Shown: piece after piece, positions 55,646 to 64,000 of the stretch | Layout: the number at the start of each line of letters is the position of its first letter | Position numbering within the stretch: position 1 is the first letter of the stretch | NCBI GenBank assembly: GCA_965217185.1 | Contig: OZ244252.1 | Span: 3,552,001-3,616,000 of the forward strand | Direction of reading: 5' to 3' | Length of the DNA: 64,000 bases | Origin: an uncultured Candidatus Entotheonella sp. | GTDB taxonomy: Bacteria > Tectomicrobia > Entotheonellia > Entotheonellales > Entotheonellaceae | Notes under the pieces: generated by a model | Told to the model about the DNA's origin: nothing | Database searches by the model: none | The model's input: the letters and a program-made list of their open reading frames with translations, nothing else | Made by a program: the position numbers and the translations under genes

Positions 55646-58600
55646 GGCGCCTCCGCCGCCAAGACGACGAGGAACGCTATCACCTCGAAATCGTTGATCC
55701 CGGCGAATTCGCTCGCCATCGGATGGGTTCCTCCGGGCGAGAAGAGGCTGGCAACGGCGCGCTCTTCGCTCTTGCCGGCGATGGAGGCAACCGCCGCGGC
55801 GAGCAGCCGTTGCGCATGGCGCATGTCCCGGTCGCCGCGGGTTGCCCCGTCGAATCGGGCGCAGGCCTCCGCGTCGGGCAGGTCGCGGTCCAGGCAGAGC
55901 CGCTTCAACCGATCCAGGACACCCTTGGCCTGGGTGAAAGGCAGGAGCACGGCACCGTCGTCGCCGACGTGGATCAGGTAGTGCGGGGCGAGCGGATAAC
56001 CCGGCTCGAACGAGCGAGTGGCGGCGGGCCCCTCGGCTCGCAGACAGAAGATCATGCCAGGCGCAATCTCGTCATCCGCCCTTGTGACCGCCGCGTACAC
56101 ACCGAACGGCAAAGTCGCCAGGGCGTCTGGCCGATCTCTGAGATAGTCCGCCAGATCGATGCGAAAATCCGTCAGCGTGAGGTCGGCGATGGAAATGCCG
56201 GACGACAGATCTTCCAGGTCGATGACCGTATCCTGCAGCTTGAGAAGTTGCCGGCGCCGGTACTCGAGATCGTTCATCGGGTCGCCCGACTGCTGCTCGA
56301 TCAGGTTCTCCTCGCCGGTCGCCGAAATGTCGAGCAGCACCATGCGGCCGCTCACCCGCTGCTCCAGGCCCAGGTATTCCTCGAGTTCCATGTTGGGCCA
56401 GAAGTTCACGAGCTGGATGCGTTCGTTGGGTGCGCCGAGCCGGTCGATGCGCCCGAAGCGTTGGATGATGCGAACCGGGTTCCAGTGGATGTCGTAGTTG
56501 ACGAGCCAGTCGCCATCCTGCAGGTTCTGGCCTTCCGAGATGCAGTCGGTGGCGATGAGGAGGTCGAGCTCGCCATCTCCGGAAAGGTCTTCTGGACGCT
56601 CCTTCGTCAGGGGCGCAAAGGCGGTCAAGATCGACGCGAGGTCTTTGCGAAGCTTCGGCAGGGTGACCTGATTGCCGCCCGTCCCGGTCACGAGCGCGGA
56701 CTCCAGTGCCAGGTTGGCCTGAACCCAGGGTGCCAACTCGTCGTAGAGGTAGCGTGCCGTATCCGCAAACGCGGTGAAGACGATCACCTTCCTGTTGCCC
56801 GCATTGATGGGACCCTGACACTTGCGCTCAATGACGCCGCGAAGCTCAGCGAGCTTGGCGTCCCGGTCCGCGCTGACCTGACAAGCTGCCGCGTGCAGGG
56901 TGGCCAATCGATTGCGATCTTCAATGAGTTCCTGTCTCCAGCGGATCAGGTCCACGTCCTGCAGCAACACCTTGACTTTGCGGCCGACCAACAGGCTCTC
57001 GAAGGCAGGGTCTTCGATGTCGACGTCGGCAATATCGAGTTCTTCCAGTTCGACCGCCTGCTTCTCGATACGGGCGAGCATCGTCTCCACATCGTCGAGT
57101 TGCCGCCGCACCGTGAGTGCAAAGGACACTACCGAACTTTCCATGCGTTTCAGCGCGTTGACGCGCAAGAGATGAACCAGGCTTTCTTCGCGGTCTGCCT
57201 GCCGAAAAATCCTTCTCCGCTCTCCAGTTTCGTGCTGTATTTCTCGTCATAGGCGTCCCGCTTGTGCGGCAGTACGTAGCGCAGCGGTGCATAGGCAGCC
57301 AGATTCAGCCGTCGGATCTCCAGGTTGATTTCGCGGATGGAGGGGAATTTCCCCGTCAGGTCCACGTCCGGCTTTACGTTGATCGGCTTCAGGCGCTCTG
57401 GAAAGCGGCCGGTCTCCGTTACGCCGTAATACTTCTCGAGGTGCCGGCGCGAGCGTGCGATGGTCAGCCGATCCAGCAGCATGAAGTAGTCGAACCCCAG
57501 CATCTCGATCAGGCGTGGCGCGGTACGCTCGCTGTCGTCGAGATCGAGCCAGCGGTTGAATTGTTTCTGAGCCAGTCGGGTCGTGCCGTCGATGCTGGAA
57601 ATGCCATGTTCAACCAATGCCGCGTCGTCCCCCTCGGTGGCAAAGGCGATCTGATTGCGCAGGTCGGCCAAGCGGTTGTTGACCGGCGTAGCGGACAGCA
57701 TGAGCACTCGCGTTTTCACGCCCTCGCGGACGATCCGGCGCATCAGCCGATCGTAACGTGTCTCGCCGCCTTGGCGGGGGGTACGCTTGTTGCGGAAGTT
57801 GTGCGACTCGTCGATGACGACAAGGTCGTAATTGCCCCAATTGACGTAGGCGAGGTCGATGTCGCCCGATAGGCCGCCGTCGCGCGATAGATCCGTGTGG
57901 TTGAGAATGTCGTAGTTGAAGCGGTCGCTGGCGAGGAAGTTGCGACGGTCGTTGGCGCGGTAGAGGCTCCAGTTGTCGCGCAGGCGCTTGGGGCACAGGA
58001 CCAGTGCCCGGTCGTTGCGGAGCTCGTGGTATTTGATGATGGCAAGCGCCTCGAAGGTTTTCCCAAGTCCTACGCTGTCGGCAATGATGCAGCCGCCGAA
58101 CCGGTTGAGCTTGTCGATGGCGCCTACGACACCATCGCGCTGGAACTTGTAGAGCTTCTTCCACACCACCGTGTTGCGGATTCCCGTTGCCGACTTGACG
58201 ACTTGCTCCTCGTCCAGCTCATCGCCCTGGGTACGGAAGAGGTGGTGCAGGATCAAGGCGTAGATGCTGTGCGGATCATGGTGTGCTGCCAAAGATCGCA
58301 ACAGGTCGACGACCGCGGTCTTCACGGCGGCGCCATCGGGCAGTGCAGACCATTGGCCATCGAACCAGCCGCTCAATCGCTCGCTTTCTTCCGACATCTC
58401 GGAGGCCTGTATGAGATTGAGCGGGTTCCCAGGAGCGAGGCCCAGCCCGTCGGTGCTGAAGGAGAACGAGCCGAGCACGGCTTGCCGCGGATTCCCGTCA
58501 CCATTGCGCAGGACGACCGCGCCTTGTGGAACGGGGCGGTCGGCCCGACGGACTTCGACCGTCTTTTCCACCCAGTCGGCACAGCGGCTAGCCAGCCAGC

Positions 58601-58838
58601 GGCCTTGGAGCCGGTTGCGTGCGGCGCGGTCCGCGTCGGACCCGAAGAGGCACAGTTCCGCTTCGTTGGGCGGCAAAACAAGACGCACTTTCGCCATTCG
58701 CAACAGCTTATCCGCCAGTTCCCCGAACGCATGGAGGGAAAAGGATTCAGAGGCCAAGTCCATCTGGTGGTCGGGTTGAAGCCAGGGTTGAATGAGATCA
58801 ACCACGCGATCCGTTCCCGTGTTGGCGATAATCCTCAT
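55642..58838 (-). pseudogene. SNF2-family helicase with degenerate PLD-like N-terminus, frameshifted near 57204
   Basis: FQRDG, IADSVGLGKT, VIDESHNFRN, LSATPVNN; then FTAFADTA, TDCISEGQNLQD, WNPVRIIQRFGRIDRLG; adding 1 nt in GGATTTTTCGG restores FRQADREESL..LKRMESS. Confidence 0.88.
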
Positions 58839-58848
58839 CGTGGTTCCT

Positions 58849-59027
58849 TTAGCCAACCGGTTCGTGGACAGTACGGCCGAAGGCTTCTATCTGCTTCAAG
58901 GTGGGCTGTATAGACCCGCTTTCCCATCCAGGCAGCTTCCTGAACTTACCGATCAGGTCATCCTGCGCCAGCCCGGTACGCTCTCACGCCCAGCGCAAAA
59001 GCTCGCTATTGACGGGGCACGGGTCAT
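58849..59027 (-). pseudogene. Remnant of XRE-HTH/ImmA-IrrE family regulator
   Basis: Reconstructed MTR/PVNSELLRWA*ERTGLAQDDLIGKFRKLPGWESGSIQPTLKQIEAFGRTVHEPVG*, with a frameshift and two stops. Confidence 0.7.
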
Positions 59028-59081
59028 GTGACGGTTCCCATTGTAAATGCTGCATTCAGAGCGTCGGGGCCAATTCTGAAG

Positions 59082-59390
59082 CTACGCGCCTCTCGCAGCA
59101 TGACCTGCTATTGCTGGGTTCCGCCGTGCTGGCGCGAGTTCGTAGCTCACCTGCATCCGCATCCAGTGTTCGGCAGTTCCCCAACCAATGCTTTCTAACG
59201 CCAGGGCCATATTCGTAGACATACCCGCTTTGCCGTTCAGCAGACGTGACAACGTTCCGCGGTCGCAACCCAAATGAGTTGCTGTCTCGGTGACGTTCCA
59301 GCCAACCTCTTCCATGCTCTCACGGATCAGTTCACCTAGATGCGGCGGGTTCAGCATCGGACCTACACGTTCGCCATTGTCCTTGCTCAT
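59082..59390 (-). CDS. higA: HigA-family antitoxin
   Basis: NPPHLGELIRE..TLSRLLNGKAG.S..MALAL..W.RMQ..YEL. Confidence 0.88.
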   Translation of the reverse strand: MSKDNGERVGPMLNPPHLGELIRESMEEVGWNVTETATHLGCDRGTLSRLLNGKAGMSTNMALALESIGWGTAEHWMRMQVSYELAPARRNPAIAGHAARGA

Positions 59391-59410
59391 AAGCGAATGC
59401 CCCTTTTCGG

Positions 59411-59661
59411 TCAGTGGTAGTCGATCAGGTCCACGTCGACGTCAACGGCCTCGCCATTCTCGAAGCGGAATACCACGCGCCAGTTGCCGGATACGCGAAC
59501 GCTCCATTGGCCCGCCCGATTTCCTTTCAAGGGATGCAGCCGGAAGCCAGGCGCGTCGGCGCTGCGCGGATGGGACGCTTCTTGCAGCCGGAACAGGATG
59601 CGTCGAAGCCGTGGCACCAAGCCCGCGGGCAGCCGAGCCGGATCATCCTGCTCATGCAGCC
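59411..59661 (-). pseudogene. higB: HigB-family toxin lacking its native N-terminus
   Basis: PGFRLHPLKG..WSVRVSGNWRVVFRF..DYH; the MIxSFRHxGL start is replaced by foreign sequence. Confidence 0.78.
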
Positions 59662-59738
59662 GACTGCAGGAACGCAATCGCAAAAAATGCCGTCACCGCC
59701 AGTTGCCCGAACCACAAAGGTTCTATAAACCGATCCAT
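59652..59738 (-). pseudogene. 5' fragment of a DoxX-like membrane protein
   Basis: RBS + MDRFIEPLWFGQLAVTAFFAIAFLQS, then stop; FLQS is typical of the family represented at 63694-64000. Confidence 0.55.
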
Positions 59739-59779
59739 GGTTGCCCCCTTCCCATTGGCAGACTCGCCTCGCCGTTACC

Positions 59780-60089
59780 TTACACCGACACGCCGGGCCG
59801 TACCTCGCTGGCGAAGCGGTCCATGACGCGCTGCATTTCGGCAATGTCCGACGTCATGATGTCGAACACCATGTGGCTGACGCCGCAATCGGCGTACCGC
59901 GCGATATCGTCCTGGATGGCGGTGAGCGGCCGGCGGTCGGCCCCGGTGTCGTCGGCAAAGACGATGGGGCCGCGGAACGAGATGGTTACGTCCTGCGGAT
60001 TGCGGCCCGCCCGGCTGGCTTCATCGCGCAGCCGCGCCACCGCGTTCTTCATCTCGTCGGGCGTCAGATTGGCGGGCGGGCGCAGGAAT
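59780..60089 (-). pseudogene. 3' fragment of an LLM-family oxidoreductase
   Basis: RAGRNPQDV..DDIARYADCGVSH..MDRFASEVRP; truncated at the REP. Confidence 0.7.
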
Positions 60090-60120
60090 GTAGATCGGAT
60101 TAGCGAAGCGTAATCCGACA
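60090..60120 (+). repeat. GTAG-family REP
   Basis: GTAGATCGGATTAGCGAAGCGTAATCCGACA. Confidence 0.88.
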
Positions 60121-60244
60121 TTCCACCGCCACCCGCATCCACGCCGAGACCGCGTTGCCATGCAGCGGCGCAAGTTCGACGGGATTGCCGGGCAGGCAGG
60201 GCGGGAACAAGCACGGGCACGGCGTATCCCGGAGACGCCGTACC

Positions 60245-61378
60245 TCACGCGACGTCAATGAATCGCGGCATCACCTTGACGGCGAAATTCTCCAGATTGC
60301 GAAGCGTTTTGCGCAACGGCATTCCCGCATGGGAGAACTCGACCAACAGATAGTCCAGATTGCATACTTCCCGCAACTCCTGAACCTTTTCCGCCACGTT
60401 GTCCGGGGAGCCGACCAACAGGGTACGCGGCTCCAGAAAATCCCAATCCAGCTTGACGCCGGGGTCCAATACCTCGCCCGGGTTCGTGAACACCTGCCTG
60501 CCACGAAACGGATCATTGAAGATAAACCCGGACATGATCCCCGCCTCGGCCTCCCTGCGGGCTTCCTCCATCGAGGACGCGACGTACGTGGAGCGCATGA
60601 CTGCCTGATCTTCTCCCAGTCCGAACGGTCGCCCCGCCGCCGCTGACCTGACCTCCGCGTACAGCGCCATTCGCTCCCTGATCCTGAGCGCCGGTGGCTG
60701 CCAGTAGCAAGCCTTCAGGCCCAGGGAAGCGGCCGTCGTTACCGAGCGGTCGGTGGACACCGTCATCCACAGGGGCGGATGCGGCTTCTGGTACGGGCGC
60801 GGCGTCACGCGCAGCTTTGTCACCCGCTCGCCGTCCTGCCAGACCGGATCCGGGGGGAAAGACGGGTGGGAGAAAACGGTGTTATCGGCTGGGAAGCTGT
60901 AGTTGGTCCCTTGGTGAGAGAAATACTCGTTGGACCATATCGCCCGGACGATCTCCACGGTTTCCCGAAACAATTCCCGGTTTTCCTGGTCCTTGCGCGG
61001 ATCCGCGTTGGGATGGAACTGCGGACCTTCGTAAGGCCAGATTCCCCTGCCGAAGCCGACTTCGATCCGGCCCCTGGTCATGTTGTCCAGGGTTGCCAAG
61101 TCCTCGGCCAGTCGGATCGGGTGCCACCAGGGTGCGATGTTGGCCATCTGCCCGATGCGGATCCTGGACGTCCGGGCCGCCAAGTCTGCCCCCAGCAGAA
61201 TCGGGTTCGGAACGTCGCCCACTCCGTAGGGTCCGAAGTGATGCTCCCCCAGCCACATGGCCTCGAAGCCAAGCTCTTCGGCCAGGAGGGTCTGCTGTCT
61301 GAGGTTATCCAGCAAATCCGCAGCGTTCGTGGCCTCTCCCGCGGACGCCGCCACCGTGGTAAACGCCGCAAACTTCAT
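60245..61378 (-). CDS. LLM-family flavin-dependent oxidoreductase
   Basis: AEELGFEAMWLGEHHF, WHPIRLAED, GRIEVGFGRG, PRPYQKPHPP. Confidence 0.92.
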   Translation of the reverse strand: MKFAAFTTVAASAGEATNAADLLDNLRQQTLLAEELGFEAMWLGEHHFGPYGVGDVPNPILLGADLAARTSRIRIGQMANIAPWWHPIRLAEDLATLDNMTRGRIEVGFGRGIWPYEGPQFHPNADPRKDQENRELFRETVEIVRAIWSNEYFSHQGTNYSFPADNTVFSHPSFPPDPVWQDGERVTKLRVTPRPYQKPHPPLWMTVSTDRSVTTAASLGLKACYWQPPALRIRERMALYAEVRSAAAGRPFGLGEDQAVMRSTYVASSMEEARREAEAGIMSGFIFNDPFRGRQVFTNPGEVLDPGVKLDWDFLEPRTLLVGSPDNVAEKVQELREVCNLDYLLVEFSHAGMPLRKTLRNLENFAVKVMPRFIDVA

Positions 61379-61398
61379 CTTGAGACCTCCTCACGGAT

Positions 61399-61707
61399 TC
61401 ATTCAATCCCTGCCGCATGACCCCCTATTGTCGGGTTCCGCCGTGTTTGCGCCAGTTCATAGCTCACCTGCATCCGCATCCAGTGCTCGGCAGTTTCCCA
61501 GCCAATGTTTTCCAGCGCCAGGGCCATGTTCGTAGACACACCCGCTTTGCCGTTCAACAGACGCGACAACGTTCCGCGGTCGCAACCCAAACGAGTCGCT
61601 GTCTCGGTGACGTTCCAGCCAACCTCTTCCAGGCTCTCATGGATCAGTTCACCCAGATGCGGCGGGTTCAGCATAGGACTCACACGTTCACTATCGTTGC
61701 TGCTCAT
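61399..61707 (-). CDS. higA: HigA-family antitoxin, second copy without adjacent toxin
   Basis: Close paralog of 59082-59390 in direct orientation. Confidence 0.85.
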   Translation of the reverse strand: MSSNDSERVSPMLNPPHLGELIHESLEEVGWNVTETATRLGCDRGTLSRLLNGKAGVSTNMALALENIGWETAEHWMRMQVSYELAQTRRNPTIGGHAAGIE

Positions 61708-61778
61708 AGGCAAAAGCCTCTTTCATGTTATCGCCACCGACAATTGTCAACCGACAGGCGACATGATAGAGTCGCGCC

Positions 61779-62057
61779 ATGATTATGTCGTTTCGTCATC
61801 GCGGCCTCAAGGCTCTCTACGATGGCAGGACAACACGGCGTGTGGCGCCAGATCATGTCCGCAAGTTGCTGGATATCTTGGCGGCCCTGGACCGTAGTCG
61901 AGGGCCGGAAGGCATGGACTTGCCGGGATTCAGACTGCATGAGTTGAGGGGTCGGCTGAAAGGTCATTACGCGGTGTCGGTGTCAGGAAACTGGCGGGTG
62001 ACCTTCCGATTCGAGGACGGGTCGGCCGTTGATGTCGATTACGTGGCCTACCATTGA
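61779..62057 (+). CDS. higB: HigB toxin (plasmid maintenance killer type)
   Basis: MIMSFRHRGL..PGFRLHEL.G..VSVSGNWRVTFRF..YH. Confidence 0.92.
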   Translation: MIMSFRHRGLKALYDGRTTRRVAPDHVRKLLDILAALDRSRGPEGMDLPGFRLHELRGRLKGHYAVSVSGNWRVTFRFEDGSAVDVDYVAYH

Positions 62058-62068
62058 GGAGATTGAGC

Positions 62069-62356
62069 ATGGCCATGCTCAACCCGCCGCATCCCGGCGG
62101 AATCGTGAAGCGGCAATGCTTGGAACCCCTGGGACTATCTGTGACGCGGGCTGCCGAGGGATTGGGTGTGACTCGGCAAGCCCTCTCCGAGCTTCTGAAT
62201 GGCAGGACGGGAATTTCAGTCGAGATGGCGATCCGTTTGTCGAAGGCGTTCGGGTCGACTCCGGAGACGTGGCTCGGCATGCAACTGGCCTACGACCTGT
62301 GGCAGGCGCGGGACCGTGCCGAACAGATCAAGGTCGAGCGTTTCACCGTGGCCTGA
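62069..62356 (+). CDS. higA: HigA antitoxin
   Basis: NPPHPG..LGVTRQALSELLNG..EMAIRLSKAFG..WLGMQ..YDL. Confidence 0.93.
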   Translation: MAMLNPPHPGGIVKRQCLEPLGLSVTRAAEGLGVTRQALSELLNGRTGISVEMAIRLSKAFGSTPETWLGMQLAYDLWQARDRAEQIKVERFTVA

Positions 62357-62468
62357 GTGTGGGGCCTTTATCCCAAAACCAATTGCTCAGGAGAGAAAAA
62401 CGATTGCGGATGGGTGATCGCATGGCGGCAATACATACTCGTTCAACAATTGAATCTCAGAGGGGCGT

Positions 62469-63674
62469 ATGCCCGTAGAAGAGCATGGTTCGAAAAGTCC
62501 TTTGATGAGTGTGCTTGAGAAATTTGAAGCCACAGAGGCCAATATTGCAAAACTGGAACGCCTCTGGTCCGAACTGGAAAGCCTCATTCCAGGCGGCATC
62601 TCCTTTGGAGATGATCCAGACTATGACGATAAGATACGTGCTTATTCTTTACTACTTGACGCATTACCCATGATCGACGGCTGGAAACCCACAATGTCCC
62701 CTTGGACGTTGAATGCGATCGCTCAAAACCGTCTTGATGCCAGGGAATTGGAGGAGCCAGAAGTCTTCTTCCAGATCGAAGAAGGGATTGTTCAGCCGGG
62801 AAAGGAGATCCGCGACTATCGTTTCCGATTCAACAATAAACGCCGGGCTCTGATTCGGGATACTTTGGTCGATCTGATTGACGAAGTAGACTCTGACGTT
62901 CGAATCCTACGACAAAAGATCAACGAGAGAGAACCCAGCATTCGATTAGAATCCGAACTTTGGGCCGACATACGGAGACACATCAGCGAGATCGAAGTGC
63001 TGCTCGGCAGCAGCGTTCCAAAGCCACCTCGATGGACCGATATGTTGCGCCACATTCATTTCGGTAAACTTCAGGATTTCGACGATATCGAAGGGCGTGA
63101 CTGGCCATCCATCAAGGCAGAACTCCGCAAAGGGCTCTACGGCGTGGACGAACCTCTGCCTATAGGGATCAAAGACCTTGGCGAGTTGGTGACCACGAAG
63201 CCGAGCGGTTCTATAGCAACAAAGCTTAACTGGGCCTCGCTGGATGATACGGGATATGAGCGGCTTCTATTCGTTCTCATCAGTAATGAAGCCGGCTACG
63301 AAAACCCCGAGTGGCTCATGCAGACGCGCGCTCCAGATCGTGGTCGCGATCTGTCAGTAACGCGGACCACGACGGATGCCCTCTCTGGAACCCTCCATCA
63401 GCGGGTCGTCATTCAATGCAAACATTGGCAAACTAAAAGTGTCAGTTTGCAAGACGCCGCATCAGCGAAGGAGCAAATGTCGCTGTGGGCTAATCCACGA
63501 GTCGATGTCCTTATTATTGCAACGAGCGGGCGTTTCACCCTCGATGCCGTTGATTGGATTGAAAGGCACAACGCAACGGGTGTTTCTCCCCGGGTCGAAA
63601 TGTGGCCCGAAAGTCATCTAGAGCACTTGTTAGCCCCCCGTCCCGGGCTCATCGCCGAATTTAAACTGCGCTAG
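62469..63674 (+). CDS. Protein with C-terminal Mrr-like PD-(D/E)xK restriction endonuclease domain
   Basis: YERLL..PDRGRDL..VIQCKHW..IATSGRFT; lower GC than flanks. Confidence 0.8.
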   Translation: MPVEEHGSKSPLMSVLEKFEATEANIAKLERLWSELESLIPGGISFGDDPDYDDKIRAYSLLLDALPMIDGWKPTMSPWTLNAIAQNRLDARELEEPEVFFQIEEGIVQPGKEIRDYRFRFNNKRRALIRDTLVDLIDEVDSDVRILRQKINEREPSIRLESELWADIRRHISEIEVLLGSSVPKPPRWTDMLRHIHFGKLQDFDDIEGRDWPSIKAELRKGLYGVDEPLPIGIKDLGELVTTKPSGSIATKLNWASLDDTGYERLLFVLISNEAGYENPEWLMQTRAPDRGRDLSVTRTTTDALSGTLHQRVVIQCKHWQTKSVSLQDAASAKEQMSLWANPRVDVLIIATSGRFTLDAVDWIERHNATGVSPRVEMWPESHLEHLLAPRPGLIAEFKLR

Positions 63675-63693
63675 AATTTTTCCCCTATCCATC

Positions 63694-64000
63694 TCACACT
63701 GCCTTCACGAACAGCACCAGCCCCAGGACGGCGACGGCGACGTAGGCCGCCAGAACCGCGGCGCCGGGGTAGTCCTTGGCAAGCCGCTGGCCGAAGAACA
63801 GGCAGAGCAGAGACAGCAGCGCCAGCTCAAGCCCGGCGATGGCGAGCCCGCTGCCCGTGCCGATCAGCAGAAGGATGAATCCGACGCCGCAGCAGAGGCC
63901 GGTGACGGTTTCCAGGGCGGTGATGACCCAGAACATCAGCGGCACCATGTTGCCTAGCGGGCTGGCGGCAAAATGGCCGCTGAGGAAATCCAGATTGCCC
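63694..64000 (-). CDS. DoxX-like membrane protein, 5' end beyond window
   Basis: GNLDFLSGHFAASPL..LE...G..FGQRLAKDYPGAA. Confidence 0.75.
   Translation of the reverse strand, partial: GNLDFLSGHFAASPLGNMVPLMFWVITALETVTGLCCGVGFILLLIGTGSGLAIAGLELALLSLLCLFFGQRLAKDYPGAAVLAAYVAVAVLGLVLFVKAV

Noticed and set aside
49514..57252. Long plus-strand ORFs (598 aa at 49514, 538 aa at 55636; similarly 42399 and 43483)
   Set aside because: Antisense to well-supported genes, a common artefact of high-GC codon bias, with no recognisable motifs
48300..63690. Prophage or ICE
   Set aside because: No integrase, relaxase, structural or conjugation genes and no att pair found; treated as a defence island

Overview
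GC-rich bacterial chromosome segment spanning the replication origin. Gene content is compatible with a Tectomicrobia/Entotheonella-like or deltaproteobacterial-type lineage, but that is inference only. Left arm (1-25.5 kb) is housekeeping: sbcC (partial), cobA, a PolX-PHP protein whose catalytic residues appear lost, recR-ybaB-dnaX, a long Alu-type SRP RNA, four tRNA-Ser plus tRNA-Arg(ACG) around tadA, gyrA-gyrB-recF-dnaN-oriC-dnaA, and rpmH-rnpA-yidD-yidC-mnmE-mnmG-rsmG. A ~1.2 kb islet bounded by a duplicated gyrA 3' end carries a membrane-anchored collagen + resistin-like protein and an IS5 scar. The DnaA lacks domains I/II and has an altered DNA-recognition helix although canonical DnaA boxes are present. 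The middle (25.5-48.3 kb) holds a guanidine uptake/hydrolase operon with a sigma54-type promoter and a CbiX-like/DUF362 fusion gene, a DEDDh-WYL exonuclease, an SPL-like radical SAM enzyme, and assorted metabolic genes separated by REP palindromes and toxin-antitoxin scars. The right arm (48.4-64 kb) is a defence island: PLD-like/SNF2 helicase - DUF4391 - type III Mod - Schlafen/AlbA_2 protein - type III Res, an XRE-ImmA/IrrE remnant, several HigBA modules and an Mrr-like nuclease. Three genes have small frameshifts that may be real or sequencing errors. All calls come from motif recognition; no database search was run.
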